From Malacoraja senta (lineage: Eukaryota), in contig CM075996.1 of the NCBI GenBank assembly GCA_038087875.1, forward strand, positions 1,738,001 through 1,802,000: DNA of 64,000 nt, in the 5' to 3' direction. Shown here in pieces: positions 1 through 11,739 of the stretch (positions within the stretch are counted from its first letter, which is position 1; each line of letters opens with the position of its first letter). The notes beneath the pieces are model-generated. The model saw only the letters and a list, made by a program, of their open reading frames with translations. It did no database searches and was not told the origin of the DNA. A program made the position numbers and the translations under genes.

Positions 1-572
1 GGACTCGGAGGGGCCGAAGGGCCTGTTTCTACTATGTAGCTGTGAATTAAACCCTCGCGTTTCTCCTCAGCTCCTGTTCTCTCTCTGTGTGTCCTTTACT
101 CGTGTCCTCTGCTACACGCCCTTTCTTTGTCTACCCCACACTTTTGTTCTCTAACCCCGTTTTCTCCACTCTCGCTTCCCGCTGCCCGTTCTTTCTTTCC
201 CCTTCTGCCTCTCTGGCCCCACCAGTTCATCTTTCTTTCTTCTTTCCATTCCCCAGTCTTCCTTCCTTAATGCTCTCGTTCAGTCTTCCAACCCAGCTCT
301 TTAACGATCCGCGCTTTCCCCGACTCGATGCCTTCATTTTGTTTCAATCCTCCATCATCTCTCATACCCCTCGCGGGCCCTGTTCATCTACAAACGATCC
401 CACAGCCCCTAACCCTAACCCCCCACCCTGCCTCCGTCTCTATCCATCCGTCTCGCAATAACAAAAACAAAAAAAATCAATTACCACAGAAGGAATTCGG
501 CCCATCATGCTCGGTCTCTATAAAGAGATAAGCAATTGGTTGCAGTCCACCTGTTCGTGGTTTGAAAGTGCA

Positions 573-770
573 GGAAGGAACTGCAGATGCTGGTTTAAAC
601 CGAAGATAGACACAAAGTGCTGGAGTAACTCAGCGGGGCAGGCAGCATCTCTGGGGAGAAGGGATGGGTCTGAAGAAGGGTCTCGACCCGAAACGTCGCC
701 CATTCCTTCTCTCCAGAGATGCTGCTGCCTGTCCCGCTGAGTTACTCCAGCGTTTTGTGTCTATCTTCGG
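573..770. mobile_element. Head-to-head (palindromic) Penelope-like terminal fragments containing a hammerhead core
   Basis: Left arm (tgctggagtaactcagc...gggatgggt) is the reverse complement of the right arm (gcccattcc...gagttactccagc); CTGAAGA-AGGGTCTCGACCC-GAAACGTC sits at the centre. Confidence 0.7.
670..697 (+). ncRNA. Minimal hammerhead ribozyme motif (Penelope-associated type)
   Basis: CUGAAGA, an extra A, helix II GGGU-CUCG-ACCC, GAAA, palindromic ACGU helix III, GUC triplet. Flanks (ggatgggt / gcccattcc) pair as helix I. Confidence 0.6.
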
Positions 771-775
771 ATTGT

Positions 776-1188
776 CCTTCAAAAAGGTAGACACACACAC
801 AGACACACACACACACAGACACACACAGTGCTGGAGTAACTCATTGGGTCAGGCAGCGTCTCTGGAGAACGTGGACAGGTGACCTTTCGGGTCGGGAGCC
901 TTCTTCAGACCTCTCCACGTTCTCCAGAGATGCGCCACTTCAGACAATAGCCAATAGGTGCAGGAGTGGGCCATTCGGCCCTTCGAGCCAGCACCGTGAC
1001 TTTGTGCCTATATTTGCTGGATCTGCAGTTCTTTGTATCTACACGTTTTGCCTCCAATTCATTTTTTTGCCAAGCTGCTACTGAGCCTTCTTCCATTTTT
1101 CTTGCACCGACCAGTAATTTCATTTGCACCGTGTCTTTTACACAGTGCCCCCCCTCCCCCTCTCTCTCTGTTCCTTCTCTTGTCCCTG
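776..1188 (+). repeat. Copy 1 of a local inverted duplication (partner 13489-13823)
   Basis: Shares unique sequence (ttgcctccaattcattttttgccaagctgctactga...gcaccgtgtc) and idiosyncratic repeat junctions with the reverse complement of 13489-13823. Confidence 0.8.
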
Positions 1189-1233
1189 GACCCCCTCCCC
1201 TCCCATGCCCCAACCCCCACGCAGACCACTCAC

Positions 1234-1297
1234 CCTCTCCGTGCTCCTGTCGCTCTCTAGTGAAGAGCCTCTTGTGTATTCCGAATGCTTCCATCAT
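1234..1297 (-). CDS. Probable first coding exon of an unidentified host gene (MMEAFGIHKRLFTRERQEHGE, phase-1 intron follows); the gene continues off the left end of the window
   Basis: ATGATG with the second ATG in strong Kozak context (A at -3, G at +4), an in-frame upstream TGA, 64 nt ending in a consensus donor G|GTGAGT (1233-1228). Lies in a CpG-containing, transposon-free block. Protein not recognised. Confidence 0.6.
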
Positions 1298-2885
1298 CTC
1301 CTCGCATCCACACCGATCCTTCGCCCGGCCCAGCGCAGAGTAGGCGGCAGCTCAACCTTGTTGCGAGAGGGGCCGGCACACGGCGCCGAACCATTCCCCT
1401 CTCCCCCCTCCCCCCCCACCGTCCACTCTCCTCCTCCCCGGCCAAGAGGAGGGTTGAGGCAAACAATGAGACGATTCAGGAAGGGAACCCGAGGAATAAA
1501 AACCACTCAATCAACCAGCCAGGCCTCGACTCTCTTCCCGTTCTCGCAGCGTCCAGTTTCCATTTTCCTCCCCAGCTTCTGGAGGCGAGGCAGTGAGCGA
1601 TGGTCTCGCTCTCCCTCCCCAGATCGATGTAGTATATTTGTGTTCAATCTTCACCGGCCTTTCTCCGTCTCTCTTCTCTCTCTCGATTCCTTTTCTCCGG
1701 CTCTCCTCCCCTCCCCTCCCCTGCAACGGGACCCCCTATTCAACGTGGCTGGATCTGCCAGCCCTTTGTTAATGGAATAATCTCTTCTTTGTCGAGTTAT
1801 TAAGATTTCAAGTCACACAGTAGTGCGGGCATTCCACGAACTGCAAGACTGGCTTTTCTTCCTCTGGTCCTGCCGTTTTTTCCATCTATGTCTTTGCTCC
1901 CCTCTCTCTCTCCCCCTCTCTCTCTCCCTCCTCTCTCTCTCCCCCCTCCCTCTCTCTCTCCCCCCTCTCTCTCTCACCCCCCTCTCTCTCGCTCTCCCTC
2001 CCCCCTCTCTTCCTCTCCCCCCCTCTCTACCCCCCTCTCTCTCTCCCCCCCTCTAAACCAACGCTCCCACGTCGCAGTCGGCAGACACACGATCAATTTC
2101 CTTCACCCCTCCCCTCCCCTCCCCTCTCCTCTCCCCCCACCTTTAACCTTCAATTGGAACCCCGCTTGCTTCCCAGTAACAGGTAGAAACTGCTTCTCCT
2201 CCTTATACCTCTGCTCTACATCCAAACCAATCCAATCTGGAAAGCTGGAGAAAAAAAGGAGTGTTTAAAAAAAAAAAAAGCTATCTGGGTGTCTGACTCG
2301 CGGTGGATCTGCTATATTTTTTTCTCCAAGGAGAAAAAAAAAAGAATTGTGTGCCCTCTTCGATCGGGCGAGACTGAGGAAGGGTTGTCCTTTCTCTGAG
2401 CGTTGAATCAAATGTGTGCCTCTCTCTCTCGCTCTCTCGCTCTCTCTCTATCGTTCGCTCACTATTTTTTCCCCCTCTCATATCAATAGATGAAATCCAA
2501 TGATATCATTCCAGCCCACCGTTTTCCCGGACACTGGCCAATTGGGATGAGCAGGGTAGTGGATATGAGACCTTCCTCCACCACGACACCTTCTTCTAAC
2601 CTCCCACCTTTTTAATGGAAAGCAATAATTTAAACCAAAAAAAAAAATCCAACCACCCCCCTCTCTCTCTCTCTCTCTCTCTCTCCTCCCCCTCTCTCCT
2701 CCCCCCCTCTCCTCCCCCTCTCTCCTCTCTCCTCCCGCCTCCCCCCCCGCCGTCTCACATCCTCGCCTTGCGAAGCCAGCTCTTTCTCTCTCAGCGCCGC
2801 TTGTATTCGCTGTGAATCCTAGCTACTGACGGCTCGATCTTAACCCCACAAACTCTGAAAGAGCTGCCTCCATCGTACAAAGATA
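1298..2885 (-). promoter_or_regulatory. Putative promoter / 5' UTR region of the minus-strand gene
   Basis: Long stretch without transposon fragments directly upstream of the candidate ATG; CpG-enriched, with long CT/GA tracts (1899-2053, 2655-2750) as seen in vertebrate 5' ends. Confidence 0.5.
2209..2244 (-). other. Candidate 36-nt micro-exon
   Basis: Minus strand reads cctttttttctccAG|ctttccagattggattggtttggatgtagagcagag|GTataa: strong polypyrimidine acceptor and a plausible donor 36 nt apart. Confidence 0.35.
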
Positions 2886-3864
2886 ATGTGTGGGAAGGAA
2901 CTGCAGTATGGAAACATAGAAAGATAGATGCAGGAGTAGGCCATTCGGCCCTTCGAGCCAGCACCGCCATTCGATATGATCATGACTGATCATCCCCAAT
3001 CAGTATCCCCGTTCGTGCTTTCTCCCCATATCCATTGGTTCCGTTAGCCCTAAGAGCTAAATCTTAACTTCGGAGAAGGCAGGAACGGGGTACTGATTGG
3101 GGATGATCAGCCATGATCACATTGAATGGCGGTGCTGGCTCGAAGGGCCGAATGGCCTACTCCTGCACCTATTGTCTATTGTCTATAACTCTCTCTTGGA
3201 AACATCCAGTGAATTGGCCTCCACTGCCTTCTGTGGCAGAGAATTCCACCGATTCACAACTCTCTGGGTGAAGAAGTTTTCCTCATCTCAGTCCTAAATG
3301 GCCGACCCATTATTCTTGAAAGGAACTGCGCTGTATCTGTAAAATCTAAAAAAAAAGTCACCCCATTGAATGGTACTTAAGCAAGTACATCGCGACAAGG
3401 ACTCCGGTATATTTGGCCGGGGAACCGGATAATTAGATTAAGAAGGGGCTGCAGATGCTTCAGTTTAAACTGAAGGTAGACACAAAATGCTGGAGTAACT
3501 CAGCGGGACAGGCAGCATCTGTGGAGAGAAGGAATGGGTAACGTTTCAGGTCGAGACCCTTCTTCAGATCCAGCATTTTGTGTCTATCATCGGTGTAAAC
3601 CAGCATCTGCAGTTACTTCCTACAGACAATGCTGTCCACACTGTACACCACTAACTACCACCATGGACCTCACAAGGCATGCTGGCCTTATTGAACAAGA
3701 CACATAGGTATAAGCCACAAGGAACTGCAGATGCTGGAATCTTGAGCTAAAAGAACATCCTCTTCACATTCACTCGACCCAGCCCCGGATATTTATTACA
3801 GATTCCAACATTGTGATGGGATTGAGGAGAGTAAATAAAGAGAATCAAAGGACTAAATCAGAAG

Positions 3865-4375
3865 TGGCAGCGGCACAGTGGCGCAGCGTGCAGAGTTGTT
3901 GCCTCACAGTGCCAGAGACACAGGTTAGATCCGAACCTCGGGTGCTGTCGGTGGGTGGAGTTCGCACGTTCTCACTGCGATCGCGTGGGTTTCCACCATG
4001 TCCTCCAGTTTCCTCCCACATCCCAAAGACGTGCGGGTTTGCAGGTTATAATTGGCCCTCTGTGAATTGCCCCCCGGCGTGTCAGGAGTGGATGAGAAAG
4101 TGGGATATAGACAATAGACAAGTCTGAAGAAGGGTCTCGACCCTGAAACGTCGCCTATTTCCTTCGCTCCATAGATGCTGCCTCACCCGCTGAGTTTCTC
4201 CAGCATTTTTGTCTACCTTCGATTTTTCCAGCATCCTCAGTTCTTTCTCACACACAGACAATAATCTATTGTCTATAAAGTGGGATTACATGTAACTGGT
4301 GTGATCGCTGGTCGGTGTGGACTCGGTGGGCCGAAGGGCATGTTTCCCTGCTGATTTTCCATACTGAACTAAACT
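3865..4375 (+). mobile_element. tRNA-derived V-SINE (HE1-like), interrupted by a Penelope-like terminus (~4120-4255)
   Basis: A/B-box head, V-domain-like gtgggtttt...tttcctcccaca-tcccaaagac, CR1-like tail gggccgaagggc.tgtttcc. Confidence 0.75.
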
Positions 4376-5307
4376 TTACACCCCACTCCATCATGCCTAC
4401 CTGAATACTTACTGTTCAAACACTAACTTTCATTGTTTCTTGGAGAGTGATCTCCACACATTCTCAATTCAAGAGGCTCACACCATTAAAACAAGATTCT
4501 GTTTCTGTCTGCTCTCGACCAAAATTGACAACCTCACATTTCACTCATCCTTCAGCAGCTCCCCCCACCCCCCCCCCCCACACTATTAACCTACTTCCCT
4601 CTCCTGCAAACTCAGACTTTTTTTTTGCATTTTATAGTACAGATCAGCACAGTGTAGGCAAGAACTGCAGATGCTGGTTTGAATTGAAGATAGACACAAA
4701 AAATGCTGGGGTAACTCAGCGGGACAGGCAGCATCTCTGGAGAGAAGGAATGGGCGACGTTTCGGGTCGTGACCCTTCTTCAGACTGATGTCAGGGGAGG
4801 GACAAAGATAGAATGCTGGCGGAGACGGTAAGAATGGTGGGAGAACTGGGACGGGGGAATGGGATGGAGAGAGAAAACAAGGGCTATCAAAAGGCGACCC
4901 TTCTTCAGACTGAAGGATCTTCAGATCAGTGTGAAGAAGGGTCTCGACCCAAAAAAGTCACCCATTCCTTCTCCCCAGAGATGCTGCTGCCTGTCCCGCT
5001 GAGTTACTCCAGCACAGCGAGGAGGTGCCTGGTAGACTCACTGTAGTGGATGTTAAACTGTCTTCATTGTGTGTTCTGTTAGTTTATTTTCTGTCATGAC
5101 TGCAAGGTACGCAATTTCGTTCAAACTAAAAGTTTGAGTGACAAAATAAAGGAAACTCTAAACTAATTTTGTGTCTATCTTACATCACCAGTACAGCGCA
5201 GGGACAGGCCCTGCTGCCCGCAAAGTCTGTGTCATTCATTATGTCAATTTAAACTAATCCCCTCTGCCTATACATGGTCCATATCCCTCCATTCTCTGCA
5301 TATCCAG

Positions 5308-5542
5308 CTTCTTTAGTCAGAGGGTGGTGAATCTGCGGAATGTATTGCCATAGACGGCTGTGGAGGCCAAGTCAATGGAATGTTTTAAAGGCAGAGATAG
5401 ATAGATTCTTGATTAGTACGGGTGTCAGGGGTTATGGGGAGAAGTCAGGAGAATGGGGATAGGAGGGAAAGATAGACAAGCCTTGATTGAATTGTGGAGT
5501 AGACTTGATGGGCCGAATGGCCTCATTCTGCTCCTATCACTA
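5308..5542 (+). mobile_element. CR1 LINE 3' fragment
   Basis: FFSQRVVNL-type ORF2 end followed by the gatgggccgaatggcct..ttctgctcct tail. Confidence 0.75.
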
Positions 5543-6027
5543 ATGAACTTCTTAAACGCCACCATCATATCTGCCTCCATCACCACCCCTGGCAGTGCGT
5601 TCCACACCTTCAGTCTAATCCAGAGGGTGGTGGGTGTATGGAACGAGCTGGTAGAGGAAGTGGTAGCAGTGGGTGTAAGGGCAATGTTTAAAAGACATTT
5701 GCACTTTTCCAAAGCCCAGCTGCTTCACGAAAGTCATCCAGATAAAGATATCTGCTGTTCCGGATTCGTCCCAGCTGTAATCAGGCAACTGAACCACAAT
5801 TACTATCTACCTCCACGGACATCCTTCGACTATCTTTGATCGGACTTTACCTTGCATGAAACTGCAAAGCATGCAAACAACGTTTTTCACTGTATCTGGG
5901 TACAATGCGTTGGGTTAAGGCACCAAAGGGCCAATCGGCCCATTGAATCCATGCTGTTAAACCCATACTAACATTCCCAATTTCCCTGCTTTCTCCCCCC
6001 CCAGGCCATGCAAATTATCCTCCCTTC

Positions 6028-6360
6028 AGGCAAAAGGTACAGAAGTGTGAAAACGAACGCACACCTCCAGATTCAGGGACAGTTTCTTCCCGGCTGTCAT
6101 CAGGCAACTGAACCATCCTACCACAACCAGAGAGCGGTCCTGAACTACTATCTACCTCATTGGTGACCCTCGGACTATCCTTGATCGGACTTTGCTGGCT
6201 TTACCTTGCACTAAAAGTTATTCCCTTATCATGTATCTGTACACTGTAAGTGTCTCGATTGTAATCATGTATTGTCTTTCCGCTGACTGGTTAGCACGCA
6301 ACAAAAGCTTTTCACTGTACCTCGGTACACGTGACAATAAACTCAACTGAACTGAACTGT
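6028..6360 (+). mobile_element. Rex1/Babar-like LINE 3' end
   Basis: Encodes a GKRYRSVK..SRFRDSFFPAVIRQLN-type C-terminus; 3' end gtgacaataaa followed by (actga)n. Confidence 0.65.
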
Positions 6361-6655
6361 TTAGCTTAGAGATACAGTGTGGAAACAGGCCCTTCGGTCC
6401 ACTGAGCCCACCAACCAGCGACCCCCACACACTAACATCATCCTACACCCACTAGGGCCAATTTACATTTACACCAAGCCAATTAACCTACAAACCTGTA
6501 CGTCTTTGGAGTGTGGGAGGGAACCGAAGATCTCGGTGAAAACCCACGCTAGTCACGGGGAGAAGGTACAAACTCCGTACAGACAGCAGCTGTAGTCAGG
6601 ATGGAACCCGGGTCTCTGGCGATGTAAGGCAGCAACTCTACCGCTGCGCCACCCT
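6360..6655 (-). mobile_element. V-SINE (HE1-like)
   Basis: Reverse-strand copy of the head, V-domain and tail seen in the other SINE copies. Confidence 0.8.
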
Positions 6656-9110
6656 GCAGCCGATGTCCTTATCCAAACTGTTCAACATGTGCTTCGGCCC
6701 CAGGACAGAAGCGACCACGTCGTGGAAACTGGAAGTATCCCGAGTTAATTCTGCTACCACCATCATCTATTGCGACAAGCGATGGCTCCCACTGATTGTC
6801 GCCGGAAGCTTGCGTCCTTTTCAGGACCGACGATGACAGCGAGGTCAACATTTGTAACAAGGTGGACACGAATAGAAGAATAATATGTTCGTCCAGACCC
6901 CAAGTGCCTTCCTACAATGGCTTAATCAAACCATTGCTAACTAACCGTCGAGTTCAATGGCTCTACGGCAAACACCTTTGCACAATGAGCCCAGAGGCAA
7001 GAGTGTTTAATTGTAATATGTACCAACGGCAGAACAATGACATTGATATTTGCAGCAGCTTAACACAATACACAAGTAAACACAATACACACATAATATA
7101 ATAAATATATATAGAGAGTAAATAAAAAATCAATGCAAGAAAATCCCAATGCCCTTAGTTCTGTGCTGCCTAGGTGAGCTTTGCTATAAGATTTTCCCGG
7201 GTTGCATGCAAAACAAAGCATTTCACTGTACATGTGAAATAAAGTGTCATTGAATCTGTATTGAATTCATAGTTGAGATTTTGTGTTGAGCTGTGTTCAA
7301 AAGTCTGATAGATGTTGGGAAGAAGCTGTTCTTGAACCTGGAGGTCACAGTTTTCAGGCTCCTGTACATTCTTCCCGATGGTAGCAGCGAGATGAGAGCG
7401 TGGCCAGGGTGGGTGTGGGTCTTTGATGATATTAGTTGACCTTCGAGGGCGGGCGGCAGTGTCTTCTGTCGATCCCTTTGATGGTGGGGCAGTCAGTACC
7501 CGTGATGGACCGGGCAGTGTCCACCACTCCCTGGGCGTTACTGAGTGTATTCAAGGCAGAGCAAGTTTTCAGATGACAGGGGAGAAGATGGAACAGGCAG
7601 AACAATGGGCCTGAGGCCAAGATCAGGTCAACTGTGATCCATCAAATGGCAGAAGAGAGCGCCAACCCCTGCATTACTTTCTCCTCTTCTGGACAGGCGA
7701 CTAATGCTGGCCTTGCTAACTCTGCCCACTTCCCATAAATGTTGTGTATGTGCTAAATATTTCCAGATTTCCCCGGTAGTCCTAACCAAAGAATATTATT
7801 TGTGGAGACACAGGTGAGGCAATGGAACCTCCGTCGGCATTGCTTAAAGGGAGGAGAAGGATGTATTTGCTTGTATTAGCGATCACACCTCTTCTCGTCC
7901 CTCAGGGTGTCATTACTGCCCCAGAGAATCCCATTGTTGCCCTTGAGGGTCCCATTACTGTCTGGTTGACTTGGGGCAGGTAATGGCCATAATATCTCAG
8001 AAAGACGTTGCTGTAGTCTCTTGGGGGCGAGTGCCTATTGCGGGAATATCGAAGCAAAGCCAGACGAAAGCTCTTAGAAAGACAATCAAAGCAGAACTCT
8101 TCTAAACTGGTGTGAAGTTATTCTCCTTCACACCAGATTCAGAAAGAGTTTCGGCCCATTGTTTACAAGCGACTCACATCAGCTGGGGTTTAGTCCTGAT
8201 CTTCCAACCTACTTCATTGCCTACTTCACATTTTTTTAACCTGCACTTTCTCTGGATTTGTAACACTAACACTATAATTTGCACTCTGGCATCTTAGTCT
8301 TTGCACTATCTTTAGACATTAGACTTAAGAGAGACGGCGCGGAAATGGACCCTTCGGCCCACCGAGTCCACGCCAACTACACTAACCTACACACACACTA
8401 GGGACAATTTTTACAACTTGCTGAAGACAATTAACCTAATAACCTGTACATCGTTGGTGTGTGGGAGGAAACCGGAGCACCCGGAGAAAACCCATGTTTA
8501 TTAACAATAATAAACCAATTTCAGCATCCTATCGGCAGGAGTTATTATGGGAGCAAAATGTCATTTTCCCCCAATCTACAAATCCCATCAGAACAGAATG
8601 AAACTCCTGCACTCCTGACATTGTGTTTGATGCTATTTTGTTTCTGCAATCAATGGTTTAACAGGTTAATCAGGGTCAACTCAAAGAAATAATTGGATTT
8701 TTTTAAGCAACTGCAGGCTTAGATCATGCAAAAGCACTCAACAACTAATTGTCATGTTGGCAACACATTGGCCAATCTGTACACAACTAACACCAGTATC
8801 TAAAATGATGTTTGTTGTGTGATGTCGACCACACAACCCTAATGCTCCCTGAAACACTAACCACATTATATGTTACATTCATTTGAAGAGGCGGGTGGAG
8901 CCTTGATTTAAGATCTCATGAGGTCATAAGGAATAGGACCATTCAGCCCATCAACTCTACTCCGCCATTCATTCATGGCTGATCTATCTCTCCCTCCCAA
9001 CCCCATTCTCCTGGCTTCTCCTGATAACCTCTGACGCCCACACTAATCAAGAATCTCATCTCGATGTCAACACTTGGCACGCAGGGCTCCCTCAATATTA
9101 CACTGGGGTG

Positions 9111-9300
9111 TCTGAACAAGGGTCCCGACCCTAAACGTCACCTATCCATGTTCTCCACAGATGCTGCCTGACCCGCTGAGTTACTCCAGCACTCTGTGAA
9201 ACGTCACCTATCCACGTTCTCCACAGATGCTGCCTGACCCGCTGAGTTCCTCCAGCACTTTGTGTTTTGCTCAAAGTTCCAGTATCTGCAGTCTCTTGTG
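9111..9300 (+). repeat. Penelope-like terminus with 2 copies of the 66-bp unit
   Basis: Degenerate hammerhead core, then two (g)aaacgtcacctatcca...tccagcact units. Confidence 0.7.
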
Positions 9301-9460
9301 TCTCCGTTACCCTGGGAGCGGTAGCCGAGATTGTGGACACGGCACTCTTGAGAAGGGAGATCCTAATTGATGATAGCTGTCACAGAAAGTGTCAACAGAG
9401 TATTTTTAATACAACTACAATTCTGTGCTGGTGTTCTGTATCAAAGTGTGCAGATCTTAG

Positions 9461-10678
9461 GGCAGCACGGTGGAGCAGCGGTAGAGCTACTGCCTCAGGA
9501 AGGCCAATGGAGTTTTGGCCTTTATTGCTAGGGGGATTGAGTATAAAAACACGGAGGTCTTGCTGCAGCTGTACACAGTATTAGTGAGACCACATTTGGA
9601 ATACTGTGTACAGTTCTGGGGTCCATACTTAAGAAAGGATGTACTGGCCCTGGAGGCAGTGCAGCGAAGGTTTACAAGATTAATTCCTGCAATGAGGGGA
9701 TTGACATATGAGGAAAGGTTAAGTAGGCTGGAACTCTACTCTTTGGAGTTTAGAAGAATGAGAGGCGATCTCATTGAAACATATAAGATCGTGAGGGGCC
9801 TTGATCGGGTGGATGCACCGAGGATGTTCCCAATGATCGGGGAAACTAGAACTAGGGGACATAGTTGTAGAATAAGAGGGGGCTCTTTTAAAACTGAGAT
9901 GAGGAAGAACTTCTTCACCCAGAGGGTGGTTAATTTATGGAATTCACTGCCCCAGGGAGCAGTGGAAGCAGAAACATTAAATATATTTAAGTCTAAAATA
10001 GATGTTTTTTTAGCTGCCAAGGGGATAAGGGGCTACGGGGAGAGGGCAGGGATATGGACCTAGGTATGGTTAGTATAGTAAGACCTGAGTGATCTCCTGG
10101 ACAAGTGTCGATCGCCTGGATTGGGGTCGGAGAGGAATTTCCCGGATTTTTTTTCCCGAATTGGACCTGGGTTTTTATCCGTTTTTCTGCCTCCCCCAGG
10201 AGATCACGCGGTTCTTGGGGTGGAGAGGGGTGATAGCGATATAAAGGGGAGGGTAGTGTCTTGTGTTCTGTGTCTTGTGTCTACTGTTTGTGGGTAAGGG
10301 TGTCTGTTTAGTGTTCAGCCATGAGCGAATGGCGGTGCGGGCTCGATGGGCCTGGTGGTCTACTCTCGCACCTACTTTCTATGTTTCTATGTTTCTATGC
10401 CTCACTGCGCCAGAGTCCCAGGTTCGATCCTGACTATGTGTGGAGTGTGTACGTTCTCCCCGTGACCTGCGTGGGTTTTCTCCAAGATCTTCGGTTTCCT
10501 CCCACACCCCAAAGACGTACAGGTTTGTAGGTTTATGGGCTTGGTATAAATATTTAAAAAATGTCCCTAGTGTGTGTAGGATAGTGTTAGTGTGTGGGGA
10601 TCACTGGTCCCTGCAGACTCGATGGGCCGAAGGGCCTGTTTCCACGCTGTTTCTCTAAACTAAACTCAACTAAACTAA
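9461..10678 (+). mobile_element. V-SINE split by a CR1 insertion
   Basis: SINE head at 9461-9497 resumes at 10398; target-site duplication tgcctca at 9491-9497 and 10398-10404. Confidence 0.8.
9498..10397 (+). mobile_element. 5'-truncated CR1 LINE with open ORF2 C-terminus and a long atypical 3' UTR
   Basis: ORF 9515-10063 (LVRPHLEYCVQFW...RGDLIETYKI...FFTQRVVNLWNSLP), (tttctatg)n tail, 7-bp TSD. Confidence 0.9.
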
Positions 10679-10857
10679 AGATAGACACAAAAAGTTGGAG
10701 TAACTCAGCATCTCTGCAGAGAAGGAATGGGTGACGTTTCAGGTCGAGACCCTTCTCAGGTCTGAAGAAGGGTCTCGACCTGAAACGTCACCCATTCCTT
10801 CTCTCCAGAGATGCTGCCCGCCCTGCTGAGTTACTCCAGCATTTTCGGTCTATCTTC
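10678..10857. mobile_element. Palindromic Penelope-like termini with hammerhead core (10762-10789)
   Basis: Inverted arms around cccttctcaggtctgaagaagggtctcgacctgaaacgtc. Confidence 0.7.
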
Positions 10858-11319
10858 GAATGCTGGATTATTCATCTCTAACTGTAGCACTTGAAGCTTG
10901 TAACAATATATTCTGAACTATTGGTTGGTATTAGAACAGAGAACATAGAACACAGAACAGTACAGAGAAGAACAGGCCCTTCGGCCCACAATATCTGTGC
11001 CGAACATGATGCCAAGACCTACTCCAGCTTTTTGTGTCTATCTTCAGTTTAAACCAGCATCTGCAGTTCCTTCCTACACATTTCAATTAAACTAAAACTG
11101 GGGATATGTCACAACTTTTCTTTGCCAGTTTCTTAATGTTTCCTTCGTTCTGTACAAGTTACAAGTCTTTGTACTTATAATTAGCAATTGTCGTTACACA
11201 CTTTGGTGCGATTGGCAACTCCGCAGTTTGATTATGAGAGGAACCATAATAGTTTGCTCAAAAGTGCAAATCGAGGGACTGCAATGGTGTTACCCGTGTC
11301 TACGCCAGCTTTAGGCTGT

Positions 11320-11596
11320 AGAGATACAGCGCGGAAACAGGCCCTTCGGCCCACCGAGTCCGTGCCGACCAAAGATCACACATACACCGACACCATCCGA
11401 CACACACTAGGGACAATCTACAATTTTACCGAAGCCAATTAAACTACAAACCGGTACGTCTTTGGGGTGTGGGAGGAAACCGGAGCACCCGGAGAAAACC
11501 CACGCGGTCACGGGGAGAATGTACAGGCAGCACCCGTAGTCAGATTGTACCCGGGGTCTCTGGCACTGTAACACAGCAACTCTACCACTGTGCCGC
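11320..11596 (-). mobile_element. V-SINE (HE1-like)
   Basis: Reverse-strand match to the other SINE copies. Confidence 0.75.
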
Positions 11597-11739
11597 TCAA
11601 GTCAGAGAGCTGTACAGCACAGAAACAGGCCCTTCGGCCCACCATGTCCATGCCGACCAAGCTGGCAGACTGGGCTAATCCCAATTGCTTTCATTTGGCA
11701 TCTGAACCCTTCCCATCCAAATATCTGCCCAAATGTATT

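Noticed and set aside
905..1233. Continuation of the MMEAFG ORF to 130 aa
   Set aside because: Beyond the GTGAGT donor the frame runs into low-complexity and repeat-derived sequence, so it is treated as intron.
1234..1297. Assigning a gene symbol to the candidate exon
   Set aside because: The 21-aa peptide did not match any N-terminus I could recall with confidence.
1124..1780. 218-aa plus-strand ORF over the promoter block
   Set aside because: Low-complexity Pro/Ser-rich antisense frame of a GC-rich region with no recognisable domain.
6663..6990. Unique CpG-containing stretch with short ORFs
   Set aside because: No recognisable protein, splice pair or RNA fold; cannot support a call.
9515..10063. 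Host protein-coding genes at 9515-10063, 27735-28283 and 34310-34945
   Set aside because: They are C-terminal pieces of CR1/L2 ORF2 in 5'-truncated insertions; no autonomous element is present in the window.
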